A DNA stretch of 64,000 nucleotides, from positions 51,770,001 to 51,834,000 of the forward strand of contig NC_043014.1 in NCBI RefSeq assembly GCF_006345805.1, read 5' to 3'. The translations under genes were made by a program, and so were the position numbers. This DNA is from Octopus sinensis (taxonomy: Eukaryota). Below the pieces are notes generated by a model. It saw only the letters and a list, made by a program, of their open reading frames with translations. It made no database searches and was not told where the DNA came from. Shown here piece by piece: positions 1 through 14,337 of this stretch; position 1 is the first letter of the stretch, and every line of letters starts with the position of its first letter.

Positions 1-176
1 CTGTCTGTCTGCCTGTCTATCTACCAAACAATTTGTGTAAGCTTATGCCTATATGTGTTTGCATACTATGTGTGTGCGATTATGAGTGATAATCTGGTCT
101 ACGCAACGTTCTCTCGATATTGCTTCGCAAGATCGATCATTAGATAATAACTCAAGCACGAAAGCATATAGAGAGT

Positions 177-222
<46 letters not shown>

Positions 223-528
223 ATACACACACAAGCTCTCCTGCACTTACACAGGCATTTATTAGTATCTCAGCGGAATAAACCGATTTCTTCATATAAT
301 TCTTTGTAACATAACTAAACCGATTCCAGTTGGAATGTTTTCTCTGAACCCATTTCCATTATATGCTCTTTGACCCCTTGTATAATTATTTATAAAGCTT
401 TGTGCGACACCAATCTCCCCTCAACCCTAAGTCGCATGTGATTTATGATATATAAAATTATGAGGGCATTTAACCCGAGGAAATCAAATATAATTAAATG
501 GATATACAGAATATAAATAAATGGATTT

Positions 529-722
529 GCGGTAATCCCGGGCCATATAGCGGATTATAATTTAAGCTTACGTCCATTCCTCCGTGGTGTGGTTTTGCAT
601 TTATAATAAAATAAATATATATGCACATTATATACAGCAGAGTACTATTTCTACTTCGCGGATTGTCACCTATCGCGGGTGGGTTTGGAACTTAAGACCC
701 GCGATAATCGAGGGATTACTAT
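529..722. mobile_element. Degenerate Tigger/pogo-like MITE
   Basis: Right end ccgcgataatcgagggattact+ata; degenerate left end cggtaatcccgggccatatagcgg; internal 10-bp perfect hairpin tatcgcgggt/acccgcgata (671-706). Confidence 0.45.
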
Positions 723-780
723 AAATATACATAAACAGATATTCTTTTTTACTCTAAGAACAGGACCCGAAGTTTTGTGA

Positions 781-880
781 GAGGGGGCCAGCCGATTAGA
801 TCGACCCCAGTGCGCAACTGGTACTTAATTTATCGAACCCGAAACGATGAAATGCAAATTCGACTTCCACGTAATTTGAT
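781..880 (-). mobile_element. SINE family A fragment
   Basis: tcgaccccagtgcgcaactggtacttaatttatcga...gatgaaatgcaaattcgac matches the reverse complement of the copy at 36412. Confidence 0.75.
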
Positions 881-989
881 ATGTAAAGAGCTATTGCTAT
901 AAAGATATATAGAAACATGCGTCTCTGTCACTGTGTATAGGTATGTGGGTGAATCTCTCTCTCACTCTCTCCCTCTCTCCCTCGCGATC

Positions 990-1300
990 CGTGTTTAGAG
1001 CTTTGCACTTACAATCGTGAGGTTGTGAGTTCGATTCCCGGACCGGGCTGTATGTTGTGCTGTTTAGTAAGACACTATATTTCCTAGCGTCCCACTTCAC
1101 ATCAGCTGTAGAAATGAGTTGCAACGTTACTGGTGCCCATCTGTATCGCCCTCTTTGTCTTTCCCTTGGATAACATCAATGGCGCGGAGCTGGGAGACTG
1201 GTATGCATGGTCAACACCACCATGCCTGGACTTGTTTCTCAGAGGGAAAATTTCTAGGCGCAATCCTATAGTCATTCATAAAGGAAGGGTATTTTTACCC
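990..1300 (+). mobile_element. tRNA-derived SINE (family F: head/central region like family C, different tail)
   Basis: B-box-like gagttcgattccc; central gtaagacactatatttc...cagctgtagaaatgagt similar to 56690-56740. Confidence 0.6.
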
Positions 1301-1943
1301 TTTCCCTTATACACAAGCACACAAAGAAAGATTAGGCATGTATAGATAGACGGATGAATAGTGAAATATTTTCGTTTAGAACTTCACATTCCCCTTAGAA
1401 TGTAAGTGAAAGAAATAAAAATTTCAGTATCTATTCATGCAAAGAATTCTGTTTTTGAAAGCGGGTGGAATAATATCGGTACACTTTGTTGCTATGTGAT
1501 AAAATAATACATAACCGACTTTCTTTATATATGAATCTTGGACAAAAATATATACAAGAAAGGCACGACATTTACCACTCGTGATATTTTCCATACTTTC
1601 TCATAATTCTTCAAAGCTTGATCCCAAAATTATATATCACTTGACTTTAAAAAAATTCTTTTAATATGAATAGCACTCTTTTATAGATAAGGTTTATTAG
1701 TATGAGAGTTGAATAATTCATTATTTCCGTCGTAGTTTGAACGAACCGCAACAATCTTAAGTCCGAATCCAAATTCGACATAATGCGTATATTTGGCGCT
1801 ATTACGATATTAACATGTATGTCGAACTGAGCTTCTTTTTAAAAGTGTATTCAATATGGCTGTAATAAATTGGTTCTCTAACGTTTTCGTAGTGTACTAC
1901 CAATCTCTCTCTCCTTCTCTCTCACTCACTATATAAATATAGT

Positions 1944-2352
1944 GGCAGGAGTGGCTATGTAATAAGTAGTTTGCTTACCAACCACATGGTTCCGGGTTCA
2001 GTCCCACTGCATGGCACTTTGGGCAAGTGTCTTCTACTATAGCCTCGGGCCGACCATAGCCTTGTGGGTGGATTTGGTAGACGGAAACTGAAAGAAGCCC
2101 GTCGTATATATGTATATATGTGTGCGTGTATGTTTGTGTGTCTGTGTTTGTTCCCCTAGCATTGCTTGACGACCGATGCTGGTGTGTTTATGTCCCCGTA
2201 ACTTAGCGGTTCGGCAAAAAGAGACCCGATAGAATAAGTAATGGGCTTACAAAGAATAAGTCCCGGGGTCGAGTTGCTCGACTAAAGGCGGTGCTCCAGC
2301 ATGGCCGCAGTCAACTGACTGAAACAAGTAAAAGAGTAAAGAGTAAAGAGTA
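1944..2352 (+). mobile_element. SINE family B, near full length, with internal microsatellite
   Basis: tRNA-like head (ggttccgggttcagtccc), body gggcaagtgtcttctactatagcc, internal TA/TG tract, tail gaaacaagtaaaa(gagtaaa)n; many copies in window. Confidence 0.9.
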
Positions 2353-3614
2353 TCCATGTGTCTGTTTCTCTCCCTCTCTCTATATATATGAACATATCAC
2401 TTCAATTTAAATTTACTTTAATTGGATATAAATAACACTTTTGGCCAACTTTCTTCCTTTGCCAACAATCTAATTGCAAACTTACTTAAAAATACCCATA
2501 CAAATACGAAGACACAGGCTAACACATATACGCAGACAAGCGCAAAGTGGCCCACACACGCATACACACGCATATATATGCGCGCGTAAGTCAATATGTG
2601 CGTGTATGTGTATGTGTGAGTGTGAATGTGTACGTGTGTATACTGCCAAATTAACAACGACATTGGTCCTACTCAATAGATTGCACTATCACCTCTTTAT
2701 TGACAAACGAAATTATTTTTCAAAAAAAATCACATATCAAAAGACAGAATTTTTTATGAATAATTTTGTATTCTGCCTTAAGATCTATAGCAATACATCG
2801 CTATTTGGAAGAGAGAATACGAATTGCACATTTGAAGTTGAAAATATTTCTCTGGCACCAGTGAACATAAACAGATTAACACATTTTAAAAGACGATAGT
2901 TTGTCTTTTTTTTTTATACTTCTCCTGGCAACAGACTTCGATAAGTTTGTCTTTTAGCCAATTTAGATTTTCCTTGCATAGTTTACAGTAACTTCGATTT
3001 ATTTATATAGCAGCGAATATACCACAAAAATTTTATTAGAGAGAAGAAAACAAAGACAGACAAAACCAAAAATATGACGACGCCTTCTTGCGACGTTGTT
3101 TTATTTTTGTCTTTTGAAAGGGAAAAAGGTTGACGTAACCGACTCAATTGATAGAGTCACTAAGTGTAAGAGAGCCTATCCTACGGTATTAGGGCTGTAT
3201 ACGCTCTGAGTTCAGATCCCACAGTTTATCAGACCTTCGCAGCTTTCTCCTTTCTGTTAGGAATAAATGTAATAGTTCCAATCTTCGAAACGTTAGAGAA
3301 CGGCTGCGTGTATCTTGTGGTGTATTTTACAGGTGTTTGTCGGGTGAAAGTGCGTAAGTAAGATGTAATTATCGTACGGATTATCCTGAACACTACCGTG
3401 TCATCATGTAGCTTCAGAAGAACGCAGTCTGTTGCACATGGTTTATGTAAATCTTCTTTTCTTTCTCCGACACCGCAGGGAGTTTGTTGAAGATAAAGGT
3501 TTATGAGATTTGCCCTTCTCTTCTTCACTAAATTGCTAGAAACTCTTTCATTGCAAACATTAGCAAAACATAATATGATGGGTGTGTAGTAATGATTACA
3601 TACAGGTGCACGCT

Positions 3615-3770
3615 TGGCTGTGTGTTAAGAAGGTTAGTTCTCAATTACATGGTTTCGAGTTCAGTACCACTGCAAGGTACCTCGGCTGACTGTTTTCTAC
3701 TATAGATTTGGTACGGCCAAAGCTTTCTGTGACGATCTGGTAGAACTGAAAAAAATGCGACGTAATATAT
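3615..3770 (+). mobile_element. Degenerate SINE B 5' fragment
   Basis: acatggtttcgagttcagtaccactgc...ttctactatag...ctgaaaaaaatgcgacgtaatata aligns to 1980-2110. Confidence 0.55.
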
Positions 3771-3837
3771 ATGGCCCCACTGCAAAATACACAATTTGGT
3801 ACAGAAAAATCTTGCAAATCACATGGGTATATATTGA

Positions 3838-4130
3838 AGTGGAGGCCCAGTGGTTAGGGCGTATGATCGCGGTTTCGATTCCCAGACCGGGCACTGTGAG
3901 TGGTTTTTGAACGAAAGCACTTAAAGCCCCACGAGGCTCCGGCAGGGAGTGGTGGTGAACCCTACTGTACTCTTTCGCCACAACTTTCTCCCACTCTTTC
4001 TTCCTGTTTCTGTTGTACCTGTATTTCAAAGGGGCCAGCCTTTTCACACTCTGTGTCACGCTGAATCTCCCCGAGAACTATGTTAAGAGTACACTTGTCT
4101 ATGGAGTGCTCAACCACTTGCAAATTAAAA
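3838..4130 (+). mobile_element. Chimeric SINE: family D head and centre with family C tail
   Basis: 3838-4000 matches the reverse complement of 50270-50452; 4010-4115 matches 31075-31180. Confidence 0.75.
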
Positions 4131-4856
4131 AATTTTCTGCGACGTCACTAGTGCCATTACGTACATTTGTTTCGATTCTTACCCATAATACACTTATAAA
4201 AATCTGTTGTTTGTGGGTAACAATCTCTTTAATGTAATTGTTGATATATGACGATTCACAGATCCAAGGGAAGTTTTTTCTTGGATCTCGGACTTATGCA
4301 AAGGAAAGCTAAGAAGTGGAATTGTGTTATAGCTTGACGTTCATTTCCCTGGAATAATTAGCACAGGTCACTTAGTATATATGAATAGCTTAGACAATAA
4401 GACATAATGCTTACATCAGTCACTTCATCGTAAATTACACCGTTGTCATTGATAAGTAAATATGAGATGTATAAACATATTACGTAATTATATTCCTAAG
4501 TCATCAGAGATTGCATAATATTGGTATTAAACTTTAGTTTTCATACTTGAGGCTGACAGTGTTGTCGCATAATATACAGTAGCGACATTTTAATCAAAAT
4601 AGAGTGTCATCTAAATTGAATAGTAAAGTCAAGTAATGAATGTTACCCGATTTTCTACTAAGTTAACGATGCAATCAGATAATGTTTTACTTACTTGACA
4701 TTTTTCGATGTTCATGAAACGTAATTGAGATGATATAAGTAAATATTATGTGAAAAAAAGAAAAGAAAGTTGGTTTCCTTCTATTTCTTTTTCTCAATAC
4801 TTAAAAATGAATAGGTATATATATCTGTGACCCTCTCTTTTTCTCTGTCTAAATAG

Positions 4857-4892
<36 letters not shown>

Positions 4893-5571
4893 TTACACAC
4901 TCACATACGTGCACGCATACAAGCATAAATGTGAAGGCCATTGTGTGTGCGTAGCAGTATGTAAGGAGATACGTATGTACATACACATTTCCTATCAATT
5001 ATTTTTTCCACATCGAGAAACAAAACTAAACAAAGAACAATTTTTGAAATGAAATGAATCAGAAGGCACTAAAATGTCGTAATAAAACACGATAAGGATA
5101 TAAGTTGCCGCCGAGAATAATCCATTTAGATCTTTACTAATTCTAAAACGCAAAGATTTCTGATTCCATTGCAACAACATACAATGATGTTAGGCTAATC
5201 TTTCTTCTTGATTGCATTTTAATTTCTTTACAGTTGTTCGCTAATTTTTTCCCCGTCTTTGAATGCCTCCATTATCTTTCCGATCGCTATTCTCAACTTT
5301 TTTCAATTTATTTTTATATTTTTAAAATTTTTATAGTTGTATTTCTTTATGTGATTCTTCGAATACTTTCAGGTTACTGCAAATGAATTTAAGTTAGATT
5401 CATAGAATTTTAGATGATTTTTGTCTTATTGGTATTCGATTCACGAATCTCTTCAAAAATAAATATCTAGAATTTAGACACTCGAGGATGCGAAGAAAAA
5501 GTACGAATGTATGTGGATATATATTTACACCTACGTGTATATATACGCATGTATATATATATGTATGTGTG

Positions 5572-5622
<51 letters not shown>

Positions 5623-5635
5623 TCTTTTTACCTCT

Positions 5636-5840
5636 TTTACTTGTTTCAGTCATTTGACTGCGGCCATACTGGAACACCGCCTTTAATCGAGCAACTCGAC
5701 CCCGGGACTTATTCTTTTGTAAGCCCAGTACTTATTCTATCGGTCTCTTTTTGCCGAACCACTAAGTAACGGGGACATAAACACACCAGCATCGGTTGTC
5801 AAGCAATGCTAGGGGGACAAACACAGACACACAAACACAC

Positions 5841-5903
<63 letters not shown>

Positions 5904-6066
5904 GACAGACTTCTTTCAGTTTCCGTCTACCAAATCCACTCACAAGGCTTTGGTCGGCCCGAGGCTATAGTAGAAGGCACTTGCCCAAGGTGCCTCACAG
6001 TGGGACTGAACCCGGAACCATGTGGTTGGTAAACAAGCTACTTACCACAGAGCCACTCCTGCGCCT
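5636..6066 (-). mobile_element. SINE family B, full length
   Basis: Reverse complement of 1944-2352; internal (CA)n(TA)n at about 5841-5902. Confidence 0.92.
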
Positions 6067-6111
6067 ATTACATATATATATATGTATATATATACATATA
6101 TATACACATCC

Positions 6112-6145
<34 letters not shown>

Positions 6146-6170
6146 TCAGAAACGCGTGTATTAATTTTTC

Positions 6171-6205
<35 letters not shown>

Positions 6206-6840
6206 AGTGAGTATATGTGTGTGTGTGTGTTAGTTTGATGGGTACCGAGATAGAATTAAATTTCAGAAATAAAACGGAAACCTGAAATGATGAACAGACA
6301 TTCAACAAGCAACGCGTTCCATAAGATTAAGAAAACAGCGTAAACAAACTTGAAATTTTTGTAACGCCTATTGTTGTCTACAACGGATGCGTTAGTAACT
6401 GAACTATATTGAATTGCACCAAGCAAAAATAATGCAAATACGAAAACAAATGCATACCATGTTTAAGCTAAATTGATCCAGTAAATAAATGATACGCGTT
6501 TTACAGGTAACTAGCTAAGTACTTTGTTAAATCATTAAATACAATTCTTTGATGAAAATTACAATATAAATCGGACAGTCTGGCACAAAATGCTTGTATA
6601 TTACTCCTGGTTTTGATCAACCTTACAAAAAGTTTATTCTTTTATGTGCTGAGTCGGTTTCGAATCAATCCCCACAAACTAGGTATGACGTTATGACTGT
6701 GCCATAACTATCTCATCTTATCATTACGTTCCTCAACTGACTGGCCTCCTGCAACAAAAAAGCCGTAAATCGTTTCTCGCCTTTTACTATAGCATCTGCG
6801 TAAGGGTTAACAACTATAATATATATGTATATATATATAT

Positions 6841-7182
6841 AATAAATATTAGGGAATAAATCCAAATTTACAGGGAAAAAATCAGATTTAGGATTAAATC
6901 CAATTTTATAGTAAAATATTATATAATATTGATTAGAGACAAAACCACTATTTTGCAAAACAAACAAGGAAAGACTTAATCAATACATAAAATTTTAATA
7001 AAAAGTAAAAAATATAAAAAAATTAATAAAAAGTAAAACAACCGCCACGACAATTGTTTCATGTCTTGAACGACAATCTTCAGGTGGATTTCCGATTTCA
7101 AATCAGTTTCAATTTTATTAAAATTTTTGTATTGATTAAGTCTTCCTTGTTTGTGTTTGCAAAATAGTGGTTTTGTCTCTAA

Positions 7183-7186
<4 letters not shown>
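6841..7186. mobile_element. PLE-type fold-back element, internally deleted copy of 44097-44500
   Basis: Shares ~80-bp head and arms with 44097-44500; about 6935-7010 is inverted at about 7112-7180; (TA)n on both flanks. Confidence 0.8.
7045..7087 (-). ncRNA. Type I hammerhead ribozyme motif
   Basis: ccac-CUGAAGA-u(uguc/gaca)u-GAAA-caauug-UC-gugg: intact core, palindromic stem III ACAAUUGU, GUC site; U-U at base of stem II. Confidence 0.7.
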
Positions 7187-7226
<40 letters not shown>

Positions 7227-7389
7227 TTTAAAATAAATTTGTCATCATTTGATAAAGGTTGGGAAAGCGTCTCCGTAGGTATACAGATCTGGAATCGTGA
7301 AATAAATATAATCATCATACAGCTCATGTCTGTATATCATATATGTGGACTGATCAAGAAGTATACGGTCTGTTCCTACAATAACAAAG

Positions 7390-7935
7390 TTAAAGACCAG
7401 TGACGAAAGATGCATGGCTCAAATTGACCTTGACATCTGGGTTTCAAGCGCAGATGCCCTCCTTTTTGGCTCCTTCTGCGATGTGTATGCATCCCGTATC
7501 TCCGATAAAATTTTGCCTAAATGTATTTTTGCAAACCTTCACATCTACAACTCGTAGAATTCTGAACTTGCTTGGCAAACTGTTGAAATATTGTCAGCTA
7601 CTGAAACCGTCCTGGTATTTTATTCTAGATGAATACTGGATCTTTAGTGCCGTCCAGTTCGTTGGTTGATATAGATTTCAATGTCATTGTTGGAATATAG
7701 ACTTACCAGAATTTTCCATGTGCATATAACTGCATGACTTTCGCCTCTTCTCTCCAGTGGGAAGTAAGTCAATTCCTCTGGTAATTCGCTCATCCGCTGC
7801 TTCGAAGAGTCAATGTACTTTGGTAGTAGCGATGGGTTGCCTCGATTTCTACTTTTAGTTTGAACGGTTTGTGGCAACCATCACGGTTGGGAGGAGTAAT
7901 GTAGGCGACTGGGAACGAATGTTCTCCAAAGCAGG
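7390..7935 (-). mobile_element. 5'-truncated, decayed CR1/L2-group LINE, ORF2 C-terminus
   Basis: Frameshifted peptides MLLLWRTFVPSRLHYSSQ, YFPLERRGESHAVICTWKIL and YFNSLPSKFR match the typical post-RT motifs LEYCSQLWSP, LYSLERRRERY..IY.WKI and LFNSLP. Confidence 0.8.
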
Positions 7936-8823
7936 AGCATAGTGTAGTTTATGTGTTTCGGAGTAATATCAGAATGCATTACTATTTTGGTAATATGTAC
8001 ATGAAATGTTACCGACATTCACTCTTGGATTGTGCTGTCCCCTGGCTCTATATGTTCTGATTGTAGTGTCTTTCTGGTCGCACGCGCATGTATAAATACA
8101 GACACACAGATACACACACAAACACACATACTCACGCACGTGGGCACCCACTTATATTCCTAAACTTATTATTTATGAAAAGCTTCATTACGAACGCATT
8201 TAATTTTTTATGAATTTACATTCATTACTTTTCGTCTGTCTTTCAGGCGAAAATACGAATAAAAGTAGGTGGAAGAAAGACAAAAACAACCCCCCAAAAT
8301 CCAGACAAATGATAACAAAAATACATGAAGTAGAAATATGGAAAAAAAAATATCGAGATAGAATAATTACGGAAGAAATTTTTTTCGATATTTCAATAAG
8401 TCACATAATTGTTTGAATAAAATATAAATTAAACTAATAAAAAATAAAATTAGAGCGCACACCCCTTGTGTATAAAGTAACAAAATACCAGAAATATCGA
8501 AAATAAAAAAAAGAAACGTCACTGATAACGTTTCTATTAATTTCGTTTTCATGACTGATTCTTCAATTATTCTTGGTGAAAATTTGCCATCTTGTAAGAA
8601 CGGAAAAGAAATTGAGATCTCACTAAACGATAGTTCTCCTATTTTCGTCTTTTATATAAAATTGTTTCGACACATTATGAAATGTTTTGGTTTTTTGTTC
8701 GATAAAATGACGGTTTTAATGACGTTTTCTTTTCTTTCTTATTGATATTAACTTAACTTCCCGAGTTTCTGCTGTTAGATACGGTGACAGTCTTGGAAAT
8801 GTAAACACACATACACACACATA

Positions 8824-8886
<63 letters not shown>

Positions 8887-9077
8887 GTATATATTGTGAA
8901 GGTATACGACATTTGCGACACATATGTACTCACGTATATATGTAAATACGCACGAGTGCGTATATATTTATATATCAGCATGTGCATTTGTGTAATATAT
9001 GTACATACATTGGCCATACTGGACCACTGAAATCTACAACTTTTTCTCATTCTCTCTTTATTTATTCCCCCTTATTA

Positions 9078-9113
9078 CTTTCTGTTGAAGAGCATAGGCT
9101 TGAAACGTAAAAG
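9078..9113 (+). ncRNA. Minimal PLE-type hammerhead motif with variant core
   Basis: cuuu-CUGUUGA-agagcauaggcuu-GAAACGUA-aaag: stem I cuuu/aaag, palindromic ACGU stem III, A6-to-U variant. Confidence 0.5.
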
Positions 9114-9574
9114 ACTTCCTTATTTTTTCTGAATGTCTCTCTGAATCTACCCAAATCTCTTACTGTCTGTCTGTCACTTTATTTCTCTCACTTTTCTTTG
9201 AGAATTGTAGCAACGCACAAAGGTTTCTTGCTTCTCTGAAGAATGGATGTAGAAATGGTGGTATGCGATGCTGTTATATTCGGATAGGTTAAGAAAAAGC
9301 CAGTGAGCACCTCCACTAGAAATAACGATAGGATGGGAATTCGTAAATAAACGATGAATAACAAATTAGATGTAGCGGCTTGACATTCAAGAGCAACATG
9401 TAGCGAAAATACTACGCATATGACAGCTCCCATTGTTACTCAGCTAAACGTATACCACCCGTATTCAATCAGCTAAAGAATAGAAGGCTAATTATTCTTG
9501 TACATAAAGCGCTTTGTCAAACGACCGATAACTATGGATTATGATGACTTAATCCCACACAAATGATGTAAGTT

Positions 9575-9900
9575 TATCATCACCAAAACTGCAAAAGTAA
9601 AGAAAATGGTCTCCCAAGTAGGGAATACTTAGGAATCAAACCGAGTGTCTAAGTTATGATAGTAACAGGAAGTATGGCAGCGCTACTGTTTCGAAATGAC
9701 ATTAGGTTATATGAAATGTTATTTGCGTTTGAGCTATGTCTGGTGAGACAAGCAGAAGTATTCCTACTAAAGACTCATCCACTATGCCTATCGAAAGAAA
9801 TCATTTGACAGAGTACCAAACTCTGTAATCGGATAATTACTAAGAGAAAGCATTGTAGATGTGTGACTTGGGAGTGCTGTGCGTAATGTGCAGATGTTGG
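9575..9900 (+). mobile_element. Decayed RTE-clade reverse transcriptase fragment
   Basis: NCKSKENGLPSREYLGIK..VMIVT..RLYEMLFAF, LVRQ and KKSFDRVPNSVIG*LLR match NCYKGKGD..NYRGIKL..LDEMQFGF..LVRQ..KAFDRVP; stops and frameshifts present. Confidence 0.8.
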
Positions 9901-10139
9901 CGACAAGAAGTGATTTGATCCTACAAAAGCCTGCAAAGCATTTAATGTGTGGCAGCTACCTGAGCAAAAGCTAATAGAAGCTTCGAAATATTTTATAGGT
10001 AGTATTTGGCTGATTGCACTCAAAATTAAAGGCATGATTGCTGATATGAATGCATAATTCTCTTGAATGACACCGACCACAGTCACGTGCCCATCCTTAT
10101 TGCGCATTCCTACATAAGCACGGACATACATACATACAT

Positions 10140-10449
10140 ATATATATACAATAAACATATCTATAATATAGATATATATAGATAGATATAGATATATATA
10201 TATAAAACATAATTATTATATATATATATATATTATAATATATAAACATATATATATATATATATTATATATATATAGTAAACATATAGTATATATATTA
10301 TATATATATAAGTATAATATATATAAAACAAATATATATATATATATAACACTATATATATATATAGATAGAAAAACATATATATATATATATATAAACA
10401 TATATATATATATATAGAAACATATATATATATATATATATATATATAA

Positions 10450-10488
<39 letters not shown>

Positions 10489-10512
10489 ATATATTATATA
10501 TATATATAAACA

Positions 10513-10543
<31 letters not shown>

Positions 10544-10617
10544 TAAACATATATATATATGTAATATATATATATATAAACATATACATATATATAAACA
10601 TATACATATATATATAC

Positions 10618-10648
<31 letters not shown>

Positions 10649-10659
10649 AACATATACAT

Positions 10660-10718
<59 letters not shown>

Positions 10719-10720
10719 AT
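10140..10720. repeat. Compound (TA)n array with recurring aaacat unit
   Basis: Directly visible. Confidence 0.9.
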
Positions 10721-10847
10721 GTGTGTATGTGAATATAAATAAGCACACAGTCAGACATATAGAATTTGATTACAGATACATGCATATACATACATACATA
10801 AATATATATATATGTATATATGCACATATATGGAACCATATATGTAC

Positions 10848-10884
<37 letters not shown>

Positions 10885-11545
10885 GCGTATATATACATGT
10901 TAATACAAACGTATATATACATATAAATATATACATGTTAATAAAAATGTATATATACATATAAATATATAAATGCACATACAAATTTATGTCTGTGTAG
11001 ATATGTTTATATACATACATATGCATGCATATATATATATACATACATATATATATATATACACACATGCATGCATACATAATGCGTTTCTCTTAGTTGC
11101 TATTTATGTGTGTGCATGTATATGCGTGTTCAATGAAGTATGTGGCTCATATGTGCTTCGTAGTTGCGCCATGACAGAGATGTGAAGAAAAGTAAAACGC
11201 TCGTATTATTTGAGAAGTATAATTGATGTTCAGAATAGCTCATTATCGATTATATTACAGATATTAATCCAACTACTTGATGTATCGTCAATTCAATGAA
11301 TACATAAATGTTTTGATATTAAGATAGCTAAGGATGTTTCCTTCCTGTAATATTTAGAGCTGAATATGATATTTGAAAGCGATCGGCCATGGTAGAGTGG
11401 AGGAAATCCTAGGCGTAAAAAAAAAACATTACTGAAAAGAGTTGTGCAACACACGTCACTATCACACAAAGGTTTAGTCACGGAGGGGCGGCAGTACATT
11501 TGCATACATAAAACGCTGACTGCACAAAGAGACACACATTAGCAC

Positions 11546-12620
<1,075 letters not shown>

Positions 12621-13161
12621 TATCTATCTATCTCTGTACAAAGATATATGTATATGTATAGTGTGTGTGTGTGTATGTATGCATATATATATAATGTACG
12701 AGCATATATAACCATAGTCACGCGCAAGCACATTGGTACACACATCATACACCCACACACATACGCATAACAGGAAAGGAGGTTGAAAAAAGATTTCGGC
12801 AATATTCATTCATCATTACATATGTTTCCCTTGCTAATACGATTTGCAAAGTGATACACGCTGGATAAGCATGCAAAAACATTTCTACTTGAAATTCTTC
12901 TGCCCATAAATTAAATAATACCTGAAAACAAAATCTCTGCAAACAATATTTCTAGAAATTTCTGCTCAAATATGTACCTCGCTTAAGTATAACAACTATA
13001 TAATTCATTGTTATACTGGAATATGCTAGAGTGCTTCCATAGAACATAGCTTCGCTCTTAACCCTACCGTTATTATAATTGTATATCTTTCAACGTTTAC
13101 AGGAAATTTCCGTTTATATCTAATTGTATATTACATGTTTCATTGCAGGATACCTAATTCA

Positions 13162-13207
<46 letters not shown>

Positions 13208-13354
13208 TTCATTAGCATGTTCTTTCAATTCTGTTTCCATTTCTTGCCGAATGTCTTCCTGAGACCTAGGGCAGAGAAACGTACTGTCTACATTACTAGG
13301 CCGTTAAAACAAGCGCAGCAGATTGTTGTTACTAATAATATTATTATTATTATT

Positions 13355-13903
13355 GAGTGAGGGAGCAGTCCATGCCATCAAAGTGACACTGGGGTAAAAT
13401 ATCGAAGCCCAATATACCCATCATGACACCCGTCTGATAAAGGTACACCAGGCACAGCATCACAACCATATGTGCGCGACATGGTGATCCATATCAAGAT
13501 AAACAACACATGACCTTGCAGGTGGGGCCAGTTAGAAATTTCTTCAGGTGAGTAGCCCATCCTGCTCAAACGGTCCCTGAATAAGGGTTGCTTTAGGATG
13601 TTGAACGAAACACCTATGTTTCCAGAGGTGAACCATTCAAACTCCAAAGAATCCCTCTCAACACATGGCCATGATGCTCCCCCACTACTTCTGCTCGTGA
13701 TCAGAGATGCACATATCGTCAGCCACTAAGGGACATGCTCAACTGGTTAAGGCAAACAACTGACAAGCAAACCTGTGGTATTGAGCAGAATATTTGCTGT
13801 AGCCCATCTTTATACCAAGACAAACAACAATGTACATTGATAACACTTCCAGTCAGTTAAGATCAGAAGCCATGAGAGCCACTGCCTGGTACTGCATCAG
13901 GGC
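13355..13903 (-). mobile_element. Family E retroposon (~550 bp) embedded in (AAT)n
   Basis: Closely matches 33975-34529; (TTA)n on both flanks. Confidence 0.85.
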
Positions 13904-14337
13904 TTATTATTATTATTATTATTATTTTATTATTATTATCATTATTATTATTTCTCGTTATCATAAGTTTTAATTAGAGATCCTGGATGTTTGCATGCGT
14001 AGTGGGATTAGAACCTGCAGCCTACGGTACCATGCTATCCATTCTTTTCAGCTATCTACTACTTTCCTAATTCTTCTGACCGTTCCGAGGGAGGCAAAAC
14101 TTTTGTAACTCTTCTATTGGGCACTTTCTTATAATTTCATTTTATTCCTCTGGATGCCTTCTCCATACACTTTCCAAAGATCCAACACTACTTGGCACTA
14201 TCTTTAACTTTTTTCATTTTCTATATCTGGTCTATTTCGTACTTAAGAGAATTATATTCATTTTCTTTTCGACTTCATTCGTGATTATTCATGGTAGAAA
14301 GGGATACACATCAGCTATATAGAATATGTGGTGCACA

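Noticed and set aside
9188-9433. Hydrophobic 81-aa ORF suggesting a membrane protein
   Set aside because: No recognisable family motif or clear exon boundaries
13884-13903. cctggtactgcatcagg resembles U2 snRNA stem-loop IV
   Set aside because: Under 20 nt, with no other U2 feature or Sm site
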